NCBI GenBank assembly: GCA_965113315.1
Contig: OZ220368.1
DNA length: 64,000 nt
From: Podarcis vaucheri
Taxonomy: Eukaryota
Reading direction: 5' to 3' (one strand)
Both the position numbers and the translations under genes were made by a program. Shown in pieces: positions 13,536 through 26,742 of this stretch; positions within the stretch are counted from its first letter, which is position 1; each line of letters begins with the position of its first letter. The notes beneath the pieces are model-generated. The model saw nothing but the letters and a program-made list of their open reading frames with translations. It was not told the origin of the DNA and did not search any database.

Positions 13536-16500
13536 GGCAATATAAAAAGCAAGTAATGTTCTGCAGCACTCGCCTATACCCACCCAACATTTTCCGGATG
13601 AAAATGGAGACATTCTATTCAACAACAACAACACCCCGCCCTTCCAACTGGGTTGCTCCAGCCACTCTGGGCAGCTTCCAGCATATATAAAAACATAATA
13701 AAACATTAAGGACTAAAAGCTTCCCTGTACAGGGCTGCCTTCAGATGTCTACTAAAGGTTGTATAGTTATTTATCTCCTTGGCTCAAGGGTCGCATAACT
13801 CCATACCCTCCAATATTTCTCGATAAAATTAGGGACATCCTAAGGAAAAGCAGGACATTCCATGATCAAATCAGAAATCAGGATGGCTTCTGGAAAATAG
13901 GGACACATGGAAGGTCTGCACATCTACACACACACACACGTATACCTATCTCTCTACCCGATTTCTATTCAGGTTACTTGGGAGCAATGTTTACTGGACT
14001 GGACTGCCGATGACTATTTATTACAATGGCAACAAGGGACAGATTTGACAGAAAACTATGTGCAGGAGTTGTTATGTGATGGTTTCATTCTCTCCATAAG
14101 GACAGCATGGTTGGGTTTATCCCCATTGCTTCACATTCAGAGAGTTTAAATAAAAAGGGGGGGAGGGAAAGGGAGGATAAAAATAATTCACTATTATCTC
14201 AGTAACATGGTCCTGTTAACTGGGGCACCAAATCTAGCGATCTGGTCTTAAATTAATAGCAGGGAACCAAAAATGTGGGACATTAATAATCCTCTTTATA
14301 TATTAGGGTCATGGATAGCCTTTTCTCAGTGTCTCCAAAGTTTTATGCAAAGCAGCGAAAAACTTCAGTTGTATATTTAAGCTTCCTCCACTTTGAATTT
14401 TAAATAGTTTGTAAGCTGGTGATTTGCTAATATGAAAAAGAAATGAACTATAACACTAATAGATTGAAAACAGGGGCTTCTGAGTGAACTCCACACGTGA
14501 ATATGCTTTTCCAGCCTGTTGGCTATTGCTATAACACTTAGAATCTTGGGCTGCAATCCTATACCTGTTTACCTGGTTGTAAGCCCGGTTCTTGAACATG
14601 TGTGAGAAATGGTTTTACACTGTATTTCTACATACTTTGGCACCTCCTTGAGTTCTTTTCCTGCTGTTTACAAGGGAAAACATCTGAACAAGGCTTAAGG
14701 CACCTAGTTATTTGAAAACGTGCCATTCTTTGGAAAAGGAAGCAAAATATTTCCCCAGGAGCTGTATGATTTCGGCCTTGGGTTGGGTGGTGGACCTAAA
14801 CCCTGAACAGATGTGCTTGGAAGGGAGTGGCCACCAAGTGGCACTTACTACTTCTTGGGAATTTTGCTTGGGATCACTGCACAAGTAACTAGGCCTGGGA
14901 ATGACAATTGTTCCATCAGGGTTAATATGAAGTATCCCACTTCTCCAAAGCTCTTCTGCTATTAACAGTGGTGTGACAGGTAGAAGTGCACCAAGTGCAG
15001 GTTTCCCATTCACAATAAACAAAAAAGTATTGCATGTCTTTTTGTTCCCTTGTTAAAGTTGAAATAACCTCTGCGAGAGACAAAACAGGAATCATTGTGA
15101 CATTTACCATGCAGAATCCTGAGGAGAATGCAGCTCTTGGTACAAAGGAACTATTGTGCAGTAAGCACTATTAATTGGGAGAACAGAATTGTCACTTTCC
15201 AATACAATACTCATTTGCAGAACTTAATTAAGTTACGTACAAATTGTAAATAGCGCTAAGGCTGATTTTTTAAGAAACTACCAATGTAAACAAAAAAATC
15301 CCAGTTCAGGTTGGTTTAGAACTGGCTAGGTGGCTCCTAATAACATCTTAATTTCATGCAATCTGTTCCAGTGCCAAATGGTCCAATGTTATATTTATAG
15401 CATCAAACACCACACTCAGAAAAGTCCTCATCGTTCTCAAAGCTGAAGTATACTGTGTGTAAAGAATATGAGCAGTAAAATGGGATATTTTTTCCCTTAT
15501 GGGAAAGTGTTCTCTTGTAATCTTTGCCGATCTGAGAAATGTAACAAGTACATGAAAATTACAAGCTGCTATCAAAATTACTGAGACTAAAACTGCCATT
15601 TTATCCTGCATTAGACCCATTTTACCATTGTTAGAGGAATACATCTCAGCAATTTTAAAATTATTTGAGTCATGACAGAAAGACTCATAACTGCAATATT
15701 TATCTTTCAATTTCAGATTAGGATGTTCCTTAAGGCTTGGAAAGATGACACATGATGGTGTTTTTTTGTAGGTACTGCAGAAAAGTTTCACTAGTAAGTA
15801 ATGTATCGAGATTGGAGCTACTGATGATGTAGGATTTAATTTTATCTGTTTTGCATTCATAGTATAATAAATAAAAAAAGACTTTAGCTGTTGCTGAAGA
15901 GCTGTGCCAGCTACTAACAGAAATTCAATTTATAGTTGCATATTTTTTAACAGTGAGCTTTAGAATGCATTTGATTAAATTCTGCTTTCCCGTGGACTTA
16001 ATGAGAATTTTAATTCTCCAGAGGTTTTCAGCAGACCCAATGGTAAAATGAGACTATCGAGTCTCAGCGAGTGCAAGTAACTGACTTCTTTGAACATAAA
16101 TAAAATCCATAAGTGTGCCTGCATATATTACAATATTGCTGTGATACATATTGGCAGAACAATAAATAGCACAAAGATTTACAATCCATTCACTCTTCCC
16201 CTTTCTCAATATAGGAAAAAACCTCTATTGTGTATACTCTCCAGAGAGCCAACATGGCTCCTCCCCCCAGGAATCCATTATTAACAGAGTGGATTAGGGG
16301 AATTAGTTGGTTAAAAATATGCAAAAATCATAGAAGTTACTACCAATGGCCTATCAAATGAGCTATCTTGGGTGCATGTTGTCAAGACTGCTTATCTTGG
16401 ATTAGTATACCCTTGAATGTGATTTAATCATCATTAGCCATCTTTTGTTCACACAATCTGAGCAATTAAAGTGTGCAAGGAGGCTGATCCTTTCTTTCAA

Positions 16501-17203
16501 ATTCTTTTCATGTATGTCAATTAAAGGATTTTCATATTCCGAGGTTAATCATGGTATTTTGCCAGTGTTGTAGCATTGATTGATGATATTTTGGCATTCT
16601 ACCAATTTAGGATTCAAATATCTACCTGAGTTCAGTGATTAACTCCGTTTGGTGCACCTGGCCTCAATTGCATCTCAAGTAATTGCCCCCTGCCCCCTCA
16701 GCTGTATGCAGCTCCAATTTCTCCTCACCAATAAGACACAACAGACATGTTGGTTAACAATTGCCGTGCGAGTGCATGCTGCAATTAGGGTTTCCACCTT
16801 TCCCCCCTTATATGAGGAAAGCTTATCCCCACCTCCTTATTCTGCAGTTGTCAAAGGCAGAGAGACACACACAAGAAGAGCGTAGCAATCATGTACTGTT
16901 TATGATTGCCAGAAATAAAAAAGGAGAGCATGATTGTGACAGGATGATCTTTGTTGTTGACTGACATGTGATTTGAACTCTCATTTAGTGGTGGCATGGT
17001 GGACCACCACAAAACAGAAAACATGATAAAACCCAGGAGTGCCTGTCTTCTAGCCCTTTGCTAATTTCCCATAATAAGATAAATCCTTTAGACCAGTCTG
17101 CCTCAACTGTTGGTCCTCAGATGTTGGACCGCACACACCATCATCCCTGGCCACTGGCCATGTTAGCTAGATGGGAGTTGGAGACAAACAGCACCTGGCC
17201 ACC

Positions 17204-17918
17204 TGCCAGGAGTGAACTAGCAATAAATCATAGGGAGTAAGTGAAGTTAACTCTTTATTAAAAGAAACAAGATCTTACCCCTGTGAAGCAAGTTGTGGAG
17301 ACTGCCTTCCTACAGCTGCCTAAATCTCCTCCTCTAATGGGTTTTTCCCAACGCAATCTGAGGCTACACCATCGTGTCTGCCTTTGCTCTTCCCACTTCA
17401 TACCTTTCCTGGTCCTGGGAGACCAGAGGGGTGGGGAGCTTGTTGCAGCAGGAAGGGGAGACACCCTTGCTTCTTCACTAGCTTCATGGCCTCCATTCTC
17501 TTCTGCTTCCACTTCTGATTCTGGAGTTCTCTGCCACAGATTCTCCCTGCTCACTAAACCCTGTTGCCTCTGGAAAGATTCACCTTCTGTTGTGTGGGCA
17601 GGGTGGTCCCTCCCCTTACCTGGCCGATCCCCTGGCAACGCCTCCGCAGGCAGGATTGGGCGATTAGCTGAGGTAGGCAGAGACCTCCAGATATCCAGCC
17701 TGGGGAGGGTGAAGCCAACCCAAACTACTGGGAGCCGCACTGGGATCCGGGAGGCTGTGCGCGACCATGCAAAAGGCGCCCCCATTTGATGTGGGGAGTG
17801 GTCATTCCCTCTAAAACTCATTGTCATCCTACCACAAGTCCCTAGGCTCTTGAGTCTTCTTCTCTTCAGCATTCCCCAGCTGGTGCCTCCCACCATTCTG
17901 TCCGGCCAGTCCATGACA
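17204..17918 (-). mobile_element. Solo LTR (Gypsy-like), 715 bp
   Basis: TG...CA termini (TGTCA/TGGCA). 5-bp TSD ccacc at 17199-17203 and 17919-17923. AATAAA near the minus-strand 3' end (~17254-17259). Confidence 0.8.
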
Positions 17919-20477
17919 CCACCTAATGTAACCATGTCAGCAAGTTGCCTCAAGCAAGCTCACTTAGTGTGGATCTACACATCATATCCGCCATCCGTGG
18001 CATATTTCTCACCCCCCAGCCATGCCATCTATTAAAACTAATTGTGTGATCTAATATCGTCATGCATAGAGTTTCAGCTGCAGCAGAAAATTACTGTATA
18101 ATTTTGTTCCAATAAACAGTGCTTCAGGATCCATCTTCACATGGCTTTAATCAGAAATGTATCAAGCCAGTTCCAAATGGGAGGGCTTTTCCTAAGTGTG
18201 CATTTTTAGTTCCTGCAAGAGATTAAAACTAACTTTCCCAAGCAATAAATTGAGCAAGACAGTAACAGGACTACAATCATAGTGAATTCTAGGCAATGAA
18301 ATATTAATGCTACAATGCTAAGCTGGGGGAAAATCATACAAAATCATTTTGCAGAGCTCTGTAGATCAGATTAACTAACATTTTAACTACATTTTAATGG
18401 TCAGTGTTTTCACCCACTGTCCTGCTCATGTCTATGTGTACGTTTCTTATTAGGAGCATGGGCTGACAGATTTTCCACCTAAATACATAACAGCTTCCAG
18501 AAGCAGAGAAAATGAGAGTATATACAGCCATAACTGACTAAAACAAGGAGTCATGTGGAGAACAACGCAAGAGAGCTGCTCTGCTCACATTGGAGTTTTT
18601 TGCAGAAATAGAGAGGGGAACTTTTATTTCTAAGGTGACAGCATTTCCCAGTGGAAGTGAAATGAAATAAAAACAGGTGGGAGGGAAGGGATCTTGGCAT
18701 TGCAGTTAGTGCTTGATCTTTGCATACCACAAGGACCTACTCCAAGCGTGGGAAATCTTTGGTTCTCCAATGTACTATAGTTCCCATCACCTTTGGCCAT
18801 TAGTCATGCTGACTGGGGCTGATAGGAGTTGTAGTTTCTCAACCTGGCCAAAACTATCTGGTGGAAGGCTTTACTTCAGGCAAGGAAATACACCAAAGTC
18901 AGACCCAGTTTAAAATTTCTGTATGCTGTGGCTTAATACAGGCTGTATGAAAGCTTGCTTGGTAAACAGGGAATGCATTTATAGATTTGTTATATTTTTA
19001 TCTCTTCCTTTCCTCAAAGCATCCATGGTAGCATAGACTGTTTTCCCCCATTTATCTTTACAACAGACTTGTTAGGCTGAGATATGGAGATCGCTTCAGA
19101 GAGCGTTATGGCCTAGCAGGAATTTGAACACAGGTCTCCCCAGTTAAACTCCCAAATGTCTGCACAGCTCATTTTTGTAGAGCTGGTCAAATCAAATGTT
19201 AACAGGGCAAAACATAGTTGTAACTGAAATAAAAATTACGAACCTTAACATTGACACTGCTCAATGTGCACTTTGGAACTTTAACTTTGCCTACTAATCA
19301 ATCCGGATAGGGTATCTAGAGTATAAACTGTGTCTGTGAATGATCTTGTCTTTTTACATATGTGATTACATGTGTGGTTTTATGATTGCAAGCCACTTGG
19401 TGGTCATGTTTTTGTTAGGAAGCAGATGTACATATGGTGTATTTAAGAAATGTTACGTTTATTGAAGGCCTGACCTAATTGGGTGCTGCTTCATAATTAT
19501 AAAGGAGCAGTAGTGACATCTCAAAGAAACCACACGGGGTTAGTTGTTGCTGTTGTTTCTGCACAACATCCAATGATATAACTACAATATTGGCTCAACA
19601 CCTGCATTGTCTGACTTACACATCCCCTTTATACTGACAGACAACCAGCGCTGTTATTTAAGCCCTGGGTTCAAATGCTTCATGCTCCTGGTCTCAGTTT
19701 GTAACCTCACAGCTGTATTCTGATCTAAGGGACATTTCTGGGCAGTCTTAAGTTTTTGCTCAATGTGTGAAGCATGCATGTGTTTATAACATATGTAAAT
19801 ATATTTATGATTGGGCTCATAGTTGGCAGGAATTGCCAACATGTGAGCTCCTCATCTCTCTAATGGATTCCTAAACTTTGCAAGGAGAACTCTTAGCATT
19901 TGTAGATGTTAGATTATCTACAAATAGTTATTCTGCTTGATTGGTGGTGGAGGGTTGCTCTAAGCAAGTCTAGTCTGTCTTTTGGTCCCTTCCAAATCTA
20001 TAATTCCTTGAAAACAATTCTTTATTCAGTATCTGTCTAGTGCTGCCTCCAAAAGGACTTGTGCAGATTTTGATGGAGCAATTTTAGCATAATCAATCTT
20101 AATGGGCACAAGCTACATCCAGAAATATATTATAATAGGAAAGTGTCATCTCACTCTCAAAGTTATAAAACTTCCTCGTGCAGTTTCAATTACCCAAGAT
20201 CCTGCTCTGCTCATACTTAGTTAAAAGTGACACTAATAGCAGCACCGTAAATTAATCCAGTTGGGAAATCTGAGTTTGAATTACAGAAAAGCTGTGTCGT
20301 ACATAAATCTTTGCCATTGTCTTCAATGTTCTATATAACTGGGTGAATTTTGGGGTTTGTGGAAATGGAAGGTAGAGTGTATCTCAGCTGCAAGTGTCAC
20401 CTTTCGGGAAACTATATTAGCTGGCAGTGCTTTCGATGTAATTTAAATATAAAACAATTTTATGAATAAGTGGACAA

Positions 20478-21091
20478 TTTTTTAATATAATATTTTATTA
20501 AGTTTTATCAATAGAAAAGTTCAGAAAAATACAAAAACAGAAAAATACAAAATTACAAAATACAAAAATACAAACATTAAACACAAAAAAGAAAAAGAAA
20601 AAACACATATAAAAGAAAACAAAACTCCCTCTTTTTTAATTTCTCATCTTTAGTTAACTTATTTTCCTGACTTCCTCACGCCTCCCTTTTGTGTATCCCT
20701 TTTAAGAATTGGTTCAGCAAATTCATATCCAATTTAGCTTATCTATTATCAATTCCATCTTACATTTTACCTTGTTGCTAGAACCCCTTCAGTTCATTTC
20801 AACGTCATCAGCATTCAAAAATTTTACAATGTTTCTGTAAATAAATTTTAAATTTCCTCCAATCTTCTTCCACAAGCTCTTCTCCCTGGTCTTGAATTCT
20901 GCCAGTCATTTCCGCCATTTCCATGTAGTCTATTAGTTGCATTTGCCATTCTTCCAGGGTGGGTAACTCTTTTGTCTTCCAGTGCTTTGCAATAAGAATT
21001 CTTGCTGCTGCTGTAGCATACATAAAGAAAGTTCTATCCTTCTTTAACACCGATTGGCCAACTATGCCCAGGAGAAAAGCCTCTGGTTTCT
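20478..21091 (-). mobile_element. L1-clade LINE, 5'-truncated
   Basis: ORF2 C-terminus FMYATAAARILIAKHWK...EEDWRKFKIYL, 3'UTR with AATAAA and an A tail. TSD ataagtggacaa at 20466-20477 and 21092-21103. Confidence 0.88.
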
Positions 21092-21846
21092 ATAAGTGGA
21101 CAAATTATGACCTTGTCCTCCGGAATGCCTTCCCTGGGCCAATCCTGTGGTCCTGAGCCAGTGCCCCAGAGGCAGTGATGCTTGTTGCTGGACTTGGCTT
21201 GTGGTCTGCCTTACCATGTTGCCTTCTCCCAGTGTGCTAAATTCTTTGAAAGGCTCCTAAATCCTGACCGAGTGAGCAGGCAGAGCCTGCCAGTTCTGGC
21301 CACACGACTTGTGTGTGCATGTTCCACTCTGCTCACACAACGTGTTTGAGGAGGCAGCAAGCAGGTGCCAGGTGAAGCAGTGAGCAAAGCAAGTGTTGGG
21401 AGGATAGAGAGCTGTGTGTGCCGTGGGGCACCACTGAAGCTGCAGCTATCTTGCTGCCTTCAGGTGTTGGGGAGGGCACTGTCCTGCTGCACATGTTGAA
21501 ATATGATCCAGCTGCCCATCCGGTTGCCTTCTATATGTAGAATGTGGCGGTGGCAGCAGGTACTGACTCTGTCCTTCACTTCAGGCAGCAAAAAGCCTGC
21601 AGCAGTGGGGCAGAAAAGTGCCCCCCCTCCAAATCTGGTTAGATTGGCCTGACGGAATACATATTTCTGAAAGGCTGAGAAACAGGTGGGTAGATCTCGA
21701 TGCATAGCACCTTATACTAAGAGATGAGAGCCTGAATCCCATGTGAGGGCACTTTGGATTTGAGTATCTTGAACCATGAAGCCTCATGCTGCAAGTTAGT
21801 TTGCTGTTGAAACTTAGGAGAATTTTACAAGTAATTTACACACGGG

Positions 21847-21859
21847 GTTTGTTTGTTTG

Positions 21860-21930
<71 letters not shown>
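21847..21930. repeat. Compound microsatellite (GTTT)n-(TG)n-(AG)n
   Basis: Directly visible. Confidence 0.97.
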
Positions 21931-21934
<4 letters not shown>

Positions 21935-23553
21935 AGAAACACAAGCTTTTTGGGGGGCCTAAAATAAGCTCTTTGCATCTCGCCGTAGATATTGTGTAAA
22001 TCTGAAATGCCTATAAGAAAAAAGCAGTTGCACAAAACTTGGTGGGGAAAGGCCTGTTAAAAAAGCTCTTCTCCGGATGCATTTCAAGAGCAAACAGTTC
22101 CCTCAAATTGTGTGTAATAAATAAACCAAACATCCGAAGGACACACAGTGTGCTTGCTTGTTCCTGCTCTAGAGTGCTTGGCACTTTCAGAAAATGCTTG
22201 CTCAGTGTTTGCCTTTGAATAATGAAACAAAAACCTGATGGTCAGCAAAGTGAAGTCATTAAGAATAAATCAGCTCTGTTTCCATCCAGAAACAGCTTAA
22301 CGTTACACTTTGCAGTACACCATTGCACCCATTCTCAGCTCTCATATTGATTCCCCCCCACCCCTCCACAGCAGTGAACATACAGAATCAGCAGGCTCTC
22401 TCCTGCACTCACCCACATTAAAAAACACAACAAAGAAGCCCTCCACAACTCCCCCATCTCCTGGCTTCCGGTATGTGTACGTGCAGCTATGACACCTGGT
22501 CCTGACCAATGCATAAAACATGCACAAGGAAGGCAGGAGCTTGCTGATTCTGCATGTTCATTGTGGGGAAGATAAAATCAGCAGGGAGCAATGACCCGCA
22601 TCCTTTCTGCAATGCACAGTTGTACAGAATCCCAGTAGAGATTTAAAAAAAAAATCTTGATTTTTTTTTTTTTGCCAAGTACACATTGAAACTGGAAGGT
22701 CTGAATCCATCTCTGAAATTAAAAACAACCTCTCCATATTTTAAAATTAGCTGAAGTCGGAGAAAAGCATCTGTTTCCCAGAAAAATGCTGCTTTGGCTT
22801 TTTAGATTGATATATTTTGTGGCATTTCTGAGAAAATTCCTATGTAGATTCTGCAGTGCCTAATTTCCATTGAGTCTAATTTTGTTTGCCATGACTGAAG
22901 ACTAGTGGTAATTCCATTTGCATTTGAGATTTCTGATAGACATAATCCATTAGGGTTTCAAATGTTTGAAAAGAGTCTTTACTTTCACACCTCTCAGCCA
23001 GCAGTGTTTTAACAGCAAATGACAATTCCTCTATCACTCCTTTAATTAGACACTCCAAAAAGTGAGGAATAGCAGTAATGAATGTGAAAGTCCCACTATT
23101 AATAACTCAGCAACTAGCTGTATATTTAGACACTTTTAAATCTTACTAAGTTAAAGATCAGTAACAAGTGCTTTTCACAGCCAATGGTTTCTTCAGATTC
23201 CCAAGTAAGCTGGCAGCCTGGTATCTATATGTGTTATGCTGACACAAATGCCTTTTAGAACTTTGCTAGTTCATAAACTCCAGATTAATATGCATTCTAG
23301 GGACTCAGCTACATTGGTAAAGAAAAAGTGTTTTATATGCCTTGTTTATGCATTCTAACACTGTGACACCAGATGGTGCTGTGGAGCTCTGTTTTTGCTA
23401 ACCCGATTTCTCATACAAAGTTTGCAACACGTTTAACTGGAATGCTTCTTTGATGTGTCTAGATCCAGTCTAGGTTACAGATGGAGCTCAAAAATTTAGA
23501 GCTCTTTCCTTCAATACTCTGAAAATTTTGCCCTTTAAAAAGTAAATCACCAT

Positions 23554-23823
23554 TGTTGTTTTTTAGTCGTTTAGTCGTGTCCGACTCTTTGTGACCCCAT
23601 GGACCAGAGCACGCCAGGCACTCCTGTCTTCCACTGCCTTCCGCAGTTTGGTCAAACTCATGCTGGTAGCTTTGAGAACGCTGTCCAACCATCTCGTCCT
23701 CTGTCGTCCCCTTCTCCTTGTGCCCTCAATCTTTCCCAACATCAGGGTCTTTTCCAAGGAGTCTTCTCATGAGGTGGCCAAAGTATTGAAGCCTCAGCTT
23801 CACGATCTGTCCTTCCAGTGAGC
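23554..23823 (-). mobile_element. BovB 3' end, heavily 5'-truncated
   Basis: Near-identical to 47203-47470. TSD aaatcaccat at 23544-23553 and 23824-23833. Confidence 0.93.
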
Positions 23824-26424
23824 AAATCACCATACATATACGTACTCAAATCTGCAACCAGATTATTTGACTAGTCATTTCAAATCAAGGAACCAAATTC
23901 ATCCTTCCTTTGGTCTCTTTTCTCCCCAGTGTTCCAGACCTATAAATCTGTGTGATTTATCTGCTCTGCTTCAGTCAAAAAGCACATCTATCCCTGTTTC
24001 TAAGCACTGTGTGGAATTGTTCCTCCTACACAACATTTTCAACAACTCATCCTTCCTACAATTCCCTGCCTCCTCCTCACTATTTCTTCCTTCCTTCTCC
24101 CTTGATTCTCCCATTTGGTTCCTGCTTCAAAATTCAAATGTCTATGTTTGTCCCATTTCATTGACCTATCATGTAATCTGGGCCCTTGCTCCTCGGGTAC
24201 CTTCCTCCAAGCTTTCCAGGTATGTGTTTCCACACCTTTCTGCATCCTGCCTGTGTCCCCACATTTTTCCCTACAATTGCCAGTCTTCTGCGCCCAGTTT
24301 TGCCAGCCAAACTGATATACATTGTTTGCTTCATAATTTCCAAAGGAACTGGAAATTCCTTCCTTCATAGAATCTGTTCTGCTTGCTGATGTTCCATGAT
24401 GGAAACTTTCCCCTTAGCAGTTAAAATGTATGTGAACATTTCGGGACACCAGAAATTCAGAGACTGGCTGGATGGGTTTTACATGGGACAACCAGCTTTG
24501 AGCCAATTATGCAGAAGATTAATTGTGTATCATAAAGAATTATGATGCAGCTGTGGATAAGAGGCAGGATCCTCCTGCTGCCATCAGTAGCTCAACATTA
24601 TAGTGTGCTCCTGGCAACATATACTATGCTGGAGGACAAAGGATTACTGTGAACAATTAATTAAGGAAAAAAAGACTGGATGGGTTAAGCAAATGAACTG
24701 TTCCATAATATTAATTCACAGAGTCAGGGAAGCATAGTGCCCACCCAATAGAATGCATTTCCAATATATTTCAAGATTCAAGGTCCATGCATCAGACAAT
24801 ATGGTTCAGTATGAATCTTCTAGGTTTAAGGTGGAAAACATTTGTCATATAAAAAGGAAGCTCACAGTGCTGTAAACACGCTGTGAGATCTCTCTTTAGC
24901 ATTAATATCCATCTCTAGCAACCCAGAGAATCAAACAAACTTGCCATTGGCACTCCTCACTCACTCTTTTACCCAGTTGCTGCTACTGGTATCACCCTCC
25001 ATCTGGGTAGCAGGGCACCCGTCAGCTGAATGCCTCTGACTGCAGAAGGCTGCACTGCTCCCATCTTTGTCACCTATTTGCTTTATTTCCCAGTTGGATG
25101 AGGAGGTGGACAGCAGTAGGAGATGGGTGTGCATGAGAGAAAGTGGGGCAAAAATGACATAGTATTTGATTGGCTGATACTCTAGGCAGGTTTGGGGGAG
25201 TCCTTTGTCAAAATGTCCTCAGTAGGTCCCTTTCTTGTTTGTCACAGTGACAACTGCTCATTTGCTTGTCCTCTCCCAAAGGGCCCAATTTGCACCAGCA
25301 TTCAAAGGGCACGGCAAGTAGAAGCTGCTTCTCCTTGATGTCACTGTTGCTCCCTCCCTCAGAGAAAGGCTGACGAACTGGCAGCAGCATCAGGGGCAGC
25401 AGTCCAGGAGTTAGAAGTAGGCTGCCCTGCTGTGGACTGGGCCTTGGTAGGTGCCCAGTGATTCTGACCTCTGATAGCAGCACAGATGCTAGAGGCAAAG
25501 CTGGCAGTGTGTTCACAGCACAACAAGCTCTTCTTTTTTTGTATTTCAATTGTCTTCTGATACTTCTTTAAGCATAAAAGTATTTAAGCACCAGCAGCTT
25601 GCTGGATGAGGTGGAACCACTATGCTAACTTCCTGGCAGGTGAGTTGCTTACCAGGAGAGCAGGGAGACATGAGGCAACGCAGAGAGGCCACCGTGGTGC
25701 AAATGTGGCAGCAGAGGCAATCAGACACTCCTTGCACTGAGACAACCTCCCCACCACCTCTCCCTTTCAGCAGGCAACAAGGACCCACCTGCTTGGAGGT
25801 TAGCATACTGGCCCTACATCACCGCTCCACCCTCAGGAAGCTACGTCTGGCATCAGGTAACAACTTGAAGGAGCCAATGCTTCACCAGTTTGAAGACAAC
25901 TTTTGTTATCTCCATCAGTTTGAGGACAATGAACTTCATTGTCAATGCACAATATCAGGTTCTTATTGACTTGTGTATCCTATTTTGATTTCACTTGATT
26001 GTAATAAGACCTTGGGGTGGCTTACAAAAAAAAAAGGGGGGGGGAATTTCAGTAACAGCAATTCCTTACAAAATTTGAAGCATAACAGTGTATGTCCTAG
26101 TACCCCACACTAGCAGCTGTTGCTTTGACCATACCTTTAGGATCAGTCATTTGGTTGTTTTATCATGTCCACTTGAATATATACTGGAACTCTCTAACCT
26201 TTGAACTAACCACACTCTTCCGACATGCTTGATACTTGAATGGCAATGTTCATGCCACACCATTGTGATTAAACCAACTGAAGAGTGTCATAAGGTTTTG
26301 ATGCTAAGAATAGGCTCTAGCTGCTCTCAGTAAATTTCACTGTCTTTTTTGTTTTTTTTTAACAACTTCAGAATAGTTTGACTGAAGCTATACGGACCAC
26401 CCAAGTAAGGAATTCACTCATCCT

Positions 26425-26568
26425 GGGGATGCTCTCATTCGGTAGAGCACGATACTCTTCAGGGTCTTTGGTTCAAGTCCCACACTGGATGAAAGATACT
26501 TGTATTGCAGGGGTTGGACTATAATCCTTGTGGCCCCTTCCAACTCTACAAATTCTATGTTTCTATGA
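26425..26568 (+). mobile_element. tRNA(Lys)-like head plus CR1-tail SINE (Squam2-like)
   Basis: cggtagagca...ggttcaagtcccac head joined to a ccttccaactctac...ttctatg CR1-type tail. Confidence 0.7.
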
Positions 26569-26617
26569 ATGCCCATAAGATTATGTTCTCCCATATAGGC
26601 TTAGCTTTCATGTCTCA

Positions 26618-26742
26618 CAGTGCTTCTTGAACTTGGGTCCCCAGCTGCCATTGCACTACAACTCCCACCATCCCTAGCTAGCAGGACCAGTGGCAGGGAT
26701 GATGTCCAACAACAGCTGGGGAGCCAAGTGTGAGAAACACTG
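26618..26742. mobile_element. hAT MITE
   Basis: cagtgcttcttgaacttgg...ccaagtgtgagaaacactg termini; actacaactccca core. Confidence 0.75.

Noticed and set aside
17258-17953. 231-aa and 168-aa ORFs as novel genes
   Set aside because: They lie almost entirely within a solo LTR with a TSD and show no recognisable domain.
23985-24390. Cluster of overlapping ORFs, possibly an old LINE fragment
   Set aside because: Pyrimidine-skewed sequence with no motif I can identify confidently; left unannotated.
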